Shown here one piece after another: positions 57,642 through 64,000 of a stretch of 64,000 bases of DNA. The notes under the pieces are model-generated. The model did not search any database, was not told the DNA's origin, and saw only the letters and a list, made by a program, of their open reading frames with translations. The position numbers were made by a program, and so were the translations under genes. Within the stretch, counting starts at the first letter, position 1; every line of letters starts with the position of its first letter. This stretch comes from an uncultured bacterium (GTDB taxonomy: Bacteria > Desulfobacterota_D > UBA1144 > Nemesobacterales > UBA2774). The stretch lies in NCBI GenBank assembly GCA_963705505.1, contig CAVPJU010000006.1, positions 352,001 through 416,000 of the forward strand, read 5' to 3'.

Positions 57642-58931
57642 ATGGCCAGAGAGAAAATTAAAGGCAGTTCAAAGCCGTTCCGGGGGGAATTCACTCCTCC
57701 CGGGGACAAATCGGTTTCCCACAGGTCGCTCATAATCGGGTCCCTTGCGGCGGGGACGACGGAGGTTAGCGGGTTCCTCAATTGCGATGACACGATTTCC
57801 ACCGCGAACGCAATGAGGAAGCTCGGCAGCGAAATTGAAATAAACGGCGGCGGCGTAAAAATCACGGGAAAGGGGCTTTCGGGACTGAGCGAGCCCGAAG
57901 ACGTGATAGACGCCGGGAATTCCGGGACGACGACGAGGCTGCTTACGGGACTATTGAGCGCCCAGGGCTTTTTTTCGGCGCTGACAGGCGATATGTACCT
58001 GAGAGCGAGGCCGATGAGACGGGTGGTCGACCCACTCAGGCTAATGGGGGCAAAAATTACGGGAAGGGAGGGAGGCAACAAACTCCCGCTCGCAATTGAC
58101 GGGGGCAGACTGAACGGCGTCTCGTACGAACTGCCCGTCGCAAGCGCCCAGGTTAAGTCGGCGCTCCTCCTCGCCGGGCTCTACGCCGAAGGGGAGACGG
58201 AGGTCATCGAGCCCGAGCCTACCAGAGACCATACGGAGAGGATGCTCTCCTACTTCGGTGTAATGCTGAATAAAAACGGAAACAGGATTAAAATTACGAG
58301 ACAAAACGAATTTAACGGACGCGATATATCTGTGCCCGGAGACTTATCGTCGGCTGCCTTCTTCATCGTCGCCGCTCTTATAAATCCCGGCTCCGAGGTC
58401 CTTATAAAGAACGTCGGCATAAACCCCCTGAGAACAGGCGTGCTCGACATACTCGGGCAAATGGGCGGAAACATCGAAATATTAAACGAGAGGGAAGTTT
58501 CGGGAGAGCCCGTAGGGGATATTCTCGTAAAGTCGAGCGATATGCGCGGAACGGAAATAAAGGGCGAGATGATACCCAAGGCGATCGACGAGCTTCCGGT
58601 TGTCGCGGCGGCGGCCTGCTTTGCCGATGGCGAGACGATTATAAAGGACGCACGCGAGCTGAGGGTCAAGGAAACGGACAGGATAAGGGCGATGACCGCT
58701 GAGCTCCGTAAGCTCGGAGCGCACGTCACGGAGTTTGAAGACGGTATGTCGATTACGGGCGGAGGGTCGTTAAAGGGGGCTCAATGCTCGAGCTGGGGCG
58801 ACCACAGGATCGCAATGGCTGTTGCCGTTGCGGCCACTCGCGCCGGGGGAGAGACCGTGATCGACGACGCGGACTGCGTTTCGGTATCATACCCCGGCTT
58901 TTTTGACGTTCTCAGGCGTCTCAGAAAATAA
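57642..58931 (+). CDS. aroA: 3-phosphoshikimate 1-carboxyvinyltransferase (EPSP synthase)
   Basis: PGDKSVSHR, GNSGTT, ASAQVKS, RDHTERM, KETDRI and DHRIAM. Confidence 0.96.
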   Translation: MAREKIKGSSKPFRGEFTPPGDKSVSHRSLIIGSLAAGTTEVSGFLNCDDTISTANAMRKLGSEIEINGGGVKITGKGLSGLSEPEDVIDAGNSGTTTRLLTGLLSAQGFFSALTGDMYLRARPMRRVVDPLRLMGAKITGREGGNKLPLAIDGGRLNGVSYELPVASAQVKSALLLAGLYAEGETEVIEPEPTRDHTERMLSYFGVMLNKNGNRIKITRQNEFNGRDISVPGDLSSAAFFIVAALINPGSEVLIKNVGINPLRTGVLDILGQMGGNIEILNEREVSGEPVGDILVKSSDMRGTEIKGEMIPKAIDELPVVAAAACFADGETIIKDARELRVKETDRIRAMTAELRKLGAHVTEFEDGMSITGGGSLKGAQCSSWGDHRIAMAVAVAATRAGGETVIDDADCVSVSYPGFFDVLRRLRK

Positions 58932-58999
58932 ACGGTATTCGGTTTTGACCGGAGACCGATAAGAAAATCTCGCCCGCACCCGCTTAAGCAGCAACGAAC

Positions 59000-59656
59000 A
59001 TGATAATAACCATAGACGGCCCCTCCGGGGTGGGAAAAAGCACGGTTTCGAGATCGGTCGCCCGGATACTGGGTCTCATATATCTCGACACGGGAGCTAT
59101 GTACAGGGCGGTCGCCCTTCAGGCTCAAAGGAATACAGTGAATATCAATGAAGATAAAGAGCTCGAATCCATGCTTAATAACACTGAAATCAGCTTCAGG
59201 AAGAATAAAAACAACGATCTCGTCCTCATGTTAAACAACGAAGACGTTACGGACAAGATAAGGACGCCCGCGATTTCCCGACTATCCTCTGATGTAGCCA
59301 CGAAGGGGGCGGTGAGAAGAAAACTCGTCCAGGTGCAGCGCGAAATAGGCAAAACGGGCAATATAGTGGCCGAGGGCAGGGACATGGGGACTTATGTGTT
59401 CCCCGAGGCGGGATTCAAGTTCTACCTCGACGCTACTCTCGATGAAAGGGCAAGAAGAAGATGGGAACAGCTCAAACAATCGGGCAATGACGCTGACTTA
59501 GAAGATGTGAAAAACGAGATAATCAAAAGGGACGCTCAGGACAAGGAGCGTTCGGAATCTCCCTTGCATCCCGCCCGGAATGCGGTAATAATAGATACGA
59601 CGAATCTGTCGGCTGATGAAGTTACTGACAGGATAATCAAAGAAGTTCAAGGTTAG
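59000..59656 (+). CDS. cmk: Cytidylate kinase
   Basis: IDGPSGVGKST, LDTGAMYR and EGRDMGT.VFP. Confidence 0.95.
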   Translation: MIITIDGPSGVGKSTVSRSVARILGLIYLDTGAMYRAVALQAQRNTVNINEDKELESMLNNTEISFRKNKNNDLVLMLNNEDVTDKIRTPAISRLSSDVATKGAVRRKLVQVQREIGKTGNIVAEGRDMGTYVFPEAGFKFYLDATLDERARRRWEQLKQSGNDADLEDVKNEIIKRDAQDKERSESPLHPARNAVIIDTTNLSADEVTDRIIKEVQG

Positions 59657-59746
59657 TAAAAATTTTTAACACTACCTAATATTACTTCCCAAAATGAAAT
59701 CTGGCAGTTAATTTTAATAGAATACATCTGATAAGAAGGCAGGTCT

Positions 59747-61435
59747 ATGGAAGAAGAGAAAGGTTTTGCGGAATTAGTGGATGAGAGCATGAATGTCCCC
59801 GACAAGGGGAAAGTCTTTAAGGGTCTGGTCGTTCGCATCGATCATGACGATGTGTTCATAGATTTCGGCTCCAAATCCGAAGGGGTCGCTCCTACACAGG
59901 AGTTCTATAACAAAAGCGGGGCGCTCGATGTAAATATCGGCGACGAAGTGGAGGTCATGCTCGACAGCTGGGTTAGCGAAGGTCTGCCGAGACTGTCGAA
60001 AATCAAGGCCGAGCAGATCAGGGAAAACAAGATAATCCAGGAGCACTTCGAAAAAGGTGAGCTCATAAAAGCCAAAATACTTCAGAAAGTAAAGGGCGGG
60101 CTCATTGCCGACATAGGGAATAAAATCGAGATCAGGGCGTTTATGCCCGGATCGCAGATAGATATAGGACCCAGACAGGATCTGGACAGCCTGATAGGCG
60201 AGACCATAGAAGCAAGGATCATCAAGCTGACAGGAAACGACATAGTCCTCTCCAGAAGGGTGTATCTGGAGGAGGAGCGGGAGGTTCTCAAGAAAGAAAC
60301 CCTGGCAAAGCTGGAAGAGGGAAAAGAGATTACGGGGAAGGTCGTCAACATTATCAACCAGGGCGTATTTGTCGACCTCGGCGGAATCGAAGGCTTTATT
60401 CCCGTAAGCGAGATTTCCTGGGGCAGAGTCTCTCACCCGGGCGATGTTATTTCCAGGGACCAGGAGATAAAAACCGTCGTCCTTAAGATCGACGAGGGAA
60501 ATAAGATAACGTTGAGTCATAAGGACACGACTCCCGACCCGTGGATCAACGTGAAGGAAAAATACAGGCCGGGAACCCAGATCAAAGGCAAGGCCGTATC
60601 ACTCACGGACTTCGGTGTTTTTGTCGAGCTTGAGCCCGGCGTCGACGGGCTCGTACATATTTCCGAGATAACATGGACGAAAAAATTCCGCCACCCGAAA
60701 GAAATCGTGAGTGCGGGCAGCATAGTGGAAGCGGTCGTGCTCGACGCTGACACCGCGAACAGGCGAATCTCTCTAAGTTTAAAACAGATAGAGCCGAGCC
60801 CGTGGGAGCTTTTCAAGGAAAAGAACCCGCCTAACTCGAGGATAAAAGGAGTAATCAAGAACGTTACGGACAAAGGAATTTTCGTCGAAGTCGACGAAAA
60901 CATAGTCGGACTCGTGAGACCAGACAATATAACCTGGAAAGGAAGGGTAAACCCCGAAGAATCCTTCGAAAAGGGAAGTGAAATCGAAGTCGTCGTCCTT
61001 AACGTCGACGAGAAGAACCAGAGGATAGGTCTCGGGTTAAAGCAGCTTGCCGCGGACCCGTGGGAGGACGCGCTGAAAAAATTTAAATCCGGGCAATCAT
61101 CGGTAACCGGGAAAATCAAGGATATAAACGACAGGGGAATCGTAGTCGAGCTCGAGCACGATATAGAAGGATATATAAAAGCGAACGAGCTCAGCCAGGA
61201 AAAGGAGCAGAGGGATGCTACCAAAAGCTTCAAGATCGGGGATGAAATAACGGCGCAGGTGACGGGATTCGACAAGCGGAAGCGGCAGGTGAACCTCAGC
61301 AAACGAAAATACGACTCATGGCTCGAGAAGGAGCACGTATCCAATTTCATGTCGTCACAGGGAGAGCCTTCCGTAAAACTGGGAGACGTGCTGAGGGAAA
61401 AGCTAAAACAGATAAATAACGACGAGGTAATCTGA
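59747..61435 (+). CDS. rpsA: 30S ribosomal protein S1
   Basis: Six S1 repeats (e.g. FGVFVELEPGVDGLVHISEI); follows cmk. Confidence 0.93.
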   Translation: MEEEKGFAELVDESMNVPDKGKVFKGLVVRIDHDDVFIDFGSKSEGVAPTQEFYNKSGALDVNIGDEVEVMLDSWVSEGLPRLSKIKAEQIRENKIIQEHFEKGELIKAKILQKVKGGLIADIGNKIEIRAFMPGSQIDIGPRQDLDSLIGETIEARIIKLTGNDIVLSRRVYLEEEREVLKKETLAKLEEGKEITGKVVNIINQGVFVDLGGIEGFIPVSEISWGRVSHPGDVISRDQEIKTVVLKIDEGNKITLSHKDTTPDPWINVKEKYRPGTQIKGKAVSLTDFGVFVELEPGVDGLVHISEITWTKKFRHPKEIVSAGSIVEAVVLDADTANRRISLSLKQIEPSPWELFKEKNPPNSRIKGVIKNVTDKGIFVEVDENIVGLVRPDNITWKGRVNPEESFEKGSEIEVVVLNVDEKNQRIGLGLKQLAADPWEDALKKFKSGQSSVTGKIKDINDRGIVVELEHDIEGYIKANELSQEKEQRDATKSFKIGDEITAQVTGFDKRKRQVNLSKRKYDSWLEKEHVSNFMSSQGEPSVKLGDVLREKLKQINNDEVI

Positions 61436-61437
61436 GG

Positions 61438-62319
61438 GTGCGGAATGTTTTAATCGTTGTCGCGGCGCTTTTTCTCCTCTTTTTTACATTCATAGCCGGA
61501 ATGGGGTGCGGTCTCCTTATGTCGGGCGAATACGGATTCCCGGCCGGCGATAAGGTCGCGGTGCTGAAAGTCGAAGATGTAATCCTCGACGACCAGGAAT
61601 ACCTTGAAAGCCTGTCCAAGATAAAAGAAGACAAACAGGTTAAGGCAGTCGTCGTAAGGATCGACTCCCCGGGAGGGGCTGTAGGTCCGTCTCAGGAAAT
61701 TTACAGCGAGCTCAGGAAGCTGAATAAGGATATGCCCGTTATAGCGAGCATCGGAAGCGTCGGCGCGTCGGGCGGCTACTATATCGCATGCGCCGCACGG
61801 AAGATCTTTGCAAACCCGGGAGCCATTACGGGAAGCATAGGCGTGGTCGCGGAGTTCGCAAGCTATGAGAAGCTCCTTGAGTGGGCGAAGGTGGACGTGG
61901 AAGTGATTAAAAGCGGTAAATATAAGGACGTAGGGTCCCCGTTCAGGGAAATGACCGACGAAGACCGGGAATATATGCAGGGGCTTATGAATAGCGTCTA
62001 CTCCCAGTTCAAGTCGGCGGTTGCCGAATCGAGGAACCTCGACATGGCGGAAGTGGATAAAATCGCCGACGGAAAGGTATTCACAGGTGAGCAGGCAAAG
62101 CAGCTGAAACTGATCGATGAAACAGGCACGATAAACGACGCAATCGATCTCGCGGCAAAAATGGCCGGGATAAAAGGACAGCCGAACATAGTCTATTACC
62201 CGAAAAAGAAATCCCAATTCCTCGAACTCCTTCAATCCAAACTGGACATACCCGGCATCACGAGCATGCCTTCCAAATACAGCTTTGGACTTTTCTATCT
62301 GGTTGATATAATTAATTGA
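61438..62319 (+). CDS. sppA: Signal peptide peptidase SppA (36K type)
   Basis: IDSPGG, ASGGYY, GSIGV and KSGKYKD. Confidence 0.92.
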   Translation: MRNVLIVVAALFLLFFTFIAGMGCGLLMSGEYGFPAGDKVAVLKVEDVILDDQEYLESLSKIKEDKQVKAVVVRIDSPGGAVGPSQEIYSELRKLNKDMPVIASIGSVGASGGYYIACAARKIFANPGAITGSIGVVAEFASYEKLLEWAKVDVEVIKSGKYKDVGSPFREMTDEDREYMQGLMNSVYSQFKSAVAESRNLDMAEVDKIADGKVFTGEQAKQLKLIDETGTINDAIDLAAKMAGIKGQPNIVYYPKKKSQFLELLQSKLDIPGITSMPSKYSFGLFYLVDIIN

Positions 62320-62321
62320 CT

Positions 62322-62807
62322 ATGAAAGTGCTATGGGCGCCCTGGAGGATAAAATATATAGCCGGGGATAAGGAAGAGGGTTGTATATTTTGCAAAAAAC
62401 CCAAGGAAGGGAATGACAAAGAGAATCTCATACTATATAATGGTGAGACTAGCTACATTATAATGAACCGTTACCCCTATTCGAACGGGCACCTTATGAC
62501 TGTCCCACATAAACACACTAACAATTTTTCCGAATTGGATCAGGAAGAAAGACTCGAGCTGATGAACCTTACCGCGAAGTGCATCGATATATTACAGGCG
62601 ATCAAACCCGAGGGGTTCAATATCGGCATGAATCTCGGCAGGACCGGAGGGGCCGGGATAGACGACCATCTCCATTTCCACATCGTGCCGAGGTGGAACG
62701 GCGATAATAATTTTATGCCCGTGATCGGGGACGTCAGGGTCATGCCCGAATATCTCGAAGAAACCTACGAGACCCTGAGCAAGCAATTAAAATCGTTAGA
62801 GAGGTGA
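62322..62807 (+). CDS. HIT family hydrolase
   Basis: LWAPWR, CIFC, NRYPY and HLHFHIVPRW. Confidence 0.9.
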   Translation: MKVLWAPWRIKYIAGDKEEGCIFCKKPKEGNDKENLILYNGETSYIIMNRYPYSNGHLMTVPHKHTNNFSELDQEERLELMNLTAKCIDILQAIKPEGFNIGMNLGRTGGAGIDDHLHFHIVPRWNGDNNFMPVIGDVRVMPEYLEETYETLSKQLKSLER

Positions 62808-62811
62808 AAAT

Positions 62812-63201
62812 ATGAGATATATAAAAGTCCTGTTCATAATTCTAATAATACTTTTTTTCGCCATACTATACACCCAGAACCTGGATATGTTTACCAGTGA
62901 ATTCACGCTCCAGCTCAATCTTAAATACTATGTCATAGGGCCTTACATAACAAAGAACGTAGTAATAATCCTTGCGGCGTTCGCGGTGGGAGCGGTAATT
63001 GCGGTTATATTCGGCGCACTCCAGTCAATAAGCGCAAGCTCTGACTCCAAAGAAAAATCGAGGCGCATCAGGGAGCTCGAAGCGAGGAATAAAGAGCTCC
63101 TGGACGAAAGACAAAGAGAGGAAAAACTGAAAAAGGGGGGGACATCTCCCTTTACTCCGCCTACCGTTATCGACGAAAGCAGCTCCGCTCAGGGCAAGTG
63201 A
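62812..63201 (+). CDS. LapA family (lipopolysaccharide assembly protein A-like) membrane protein
   Basis: Two TM segments with QN between them, then a coiled coil; typical rpsA-region context. Confidence 0.6.
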   Translation: MRYIKVLFIILIILFFAILYTQNLDMFTSEFTLQLNLKYYVIGPYITKNVVIILAAFAVGAVIAVIFGALQSISASSDSKEKSRRIRELEARNKELLDERQREEKLKKGGTSPFTPPTVIDESSSAQGK

Positions 63202-63205
63202 CATT

Positions 63206-63236
63206 GGGGACTCGCTTTCGGAGCGGGCTCCTTTTC
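63206..63236 (+). terminator. Probable Rho-independent terminator
   Basis: GGGGACTCGCT-TTCG-GAGCGGGCTCC-TTTT. Confidence 0.55.
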
Positions 63237-63264
63237 ACAGTTACGATCGATTACATTTATTAAT

Positions 63265-64000
63265 ATGAGAAACACGGGAAAACCAGGCTGGATAAAGGCT
63301 CAGCTGCCTAAGGGCCCGAATTACAGCCACCTGAAAAACCTGATGAAGACTCTCAACCTCCACACGGTCTGCGAGGAGGCCAGGTGTCCGAACATAGGGG
63401 AGTGCTGGGGCGCGGGGACGCTCACGTTCATGATCCTTGGAGACACCTGCACGAGGAGCTGCGGCTTCTGTCATGTGAAGACGGGAAGAGGCGGCGAGCT
63501 CGATTGGAATGAGCCACAAAGGGTGGCCGAAGCCGTAAAAGACCTCACAGAGAAGAATGCCTATTTAACGCACATTGTCATTACTTCGGTTAACAGGGAC
63601 GATAAGAACTACGAGAGCGCCCGCATATTCGCCGAGACCATAAGGAAAGTGAGGGAGGAGAACCCGTCCGTGAAAATCGAGGTGCTCATCCCGGACTTTA
63701 AAGGCGATACCAAAGCGCTTAAAGAAATTCTCGCGGCCCGGCCCGACGTCCTAAACCACAACATCGAAACCGTGCCGAGGCTGTACCGATTTCCACAGCT
63801 CACTCCGGCGGGCGGGAAAAGGTCTGTAAGGCCGCAGGCGAATTACGACTGGTCGCTCAAGGTGCTAGTCGAGAGCAAGGAATACGGACATGAAGGCATG
63901 CTCACGAAATCAGGCGTCATGGTCGGACTGGGCGAGGAAATGGACGAGCTTATCGAGACGCTCGCTGATTTAAAGAAAGCCGGGTGCGATATCGTGACGA
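63265..64000 (+). CDS. lipA: Lipoyl synthase (runs off the window end)
   Basis: ATG 63265: MRNTGKPGWIK...HTVCEEARCPNIGECWG..TFMILGDTCTRSCGFC, NHNIETVPRL and TKSGVMVGLGE. Confidence 0.93.
   Translation, partial: MRNTGKPGWIKAQLPKGPNYSHLKNLMKTLNLHTVCEEARCPNIGECWGAGTLTFMILGDTCTRSCGFCHVKTGRGGELDWNEPQRVAEAVKDLTEKNAYLTHIVITSVNRDDKNYESARIFAETIRKVREENPSVKIEVLIPDFKGDTKALKEILAARPDVLNHNIETVPRLYRFPQLTPAGGKRSVRPQANYDWSLKVLVESKEYGHEGMLTKSGVMVGLGEEMDELIETLADLKKAGCDIVT

Noticed and set aside
59774..62235. Long antisense ORFs opposite rpsA and sppA (and similar ones elsewhere)
   Set aside because: They are codon-bias shadows of well-conserved genes on the other strand.

Overview
A 64-kb stretch of a Gram-negative (diderm) bacterial chromosome, roughly 50% GC by eye. 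The gene style suggests a Desulfobacterota/Dadabacteria-like lineage, but taxonomy cannot be fixed from this window. Most of it is housekeeping: clpA, acyl-CoA dehydrogenase, tag, DEAD-box helicase, rpmB, acs, uppP, uvrA, the proC/yggS/yggT/yggU/maf cluster, fabH and aroA-cmk-rpsA-sppA-HIT-lapA-lipA. I found no rRNA, tRNA, CRISPR array, IS element or prophage. There are two large uptake loci. (i) An ~11-kb Fur/Zur-controlled metal-uptake operon (9.3-20.4 kb) starts at a perfect sigma70 promoter overlapped by a palindromic operator and encodes ECF CbiMQO, an outer-membrane barrel, ZnuABC-like and ZrgBCD-like transporters. (ii) A cobalamin-riboswitch btu operon lies at 45.7-53.1 kb. The two most striking features are missing from the ORF track. 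The first is a hidden ~112-aa leader ORF (12203-12542) with a hydrophobic N-terminus, a His-rich stretch, CxxC and a C-terminal RSPP (RAPP-like ribosome-arrest) motif. It is followed by a hairpin that sequesters the Shine-Dalgarno of the outer-membrane gene, making it a candidate CruR/CutF-type metal-sensing translational switch on a Zn/Co/Ni-type uptake system. The second is a 3x ~150-bp tandem array (53.37-53.81 kb) in which each unit has its own RBS and encodes a hydrophobic micro-peptide (22, 22 and 76 aa), diverged mostly at synonymous sites. Other observations include a candidate ECF-promoter sRNA, two apparent pseudo-enzymes, F420-linked genes, a REP-like mosaic, and about 10 single-base indels that most likely reflect long-read sequencing error.
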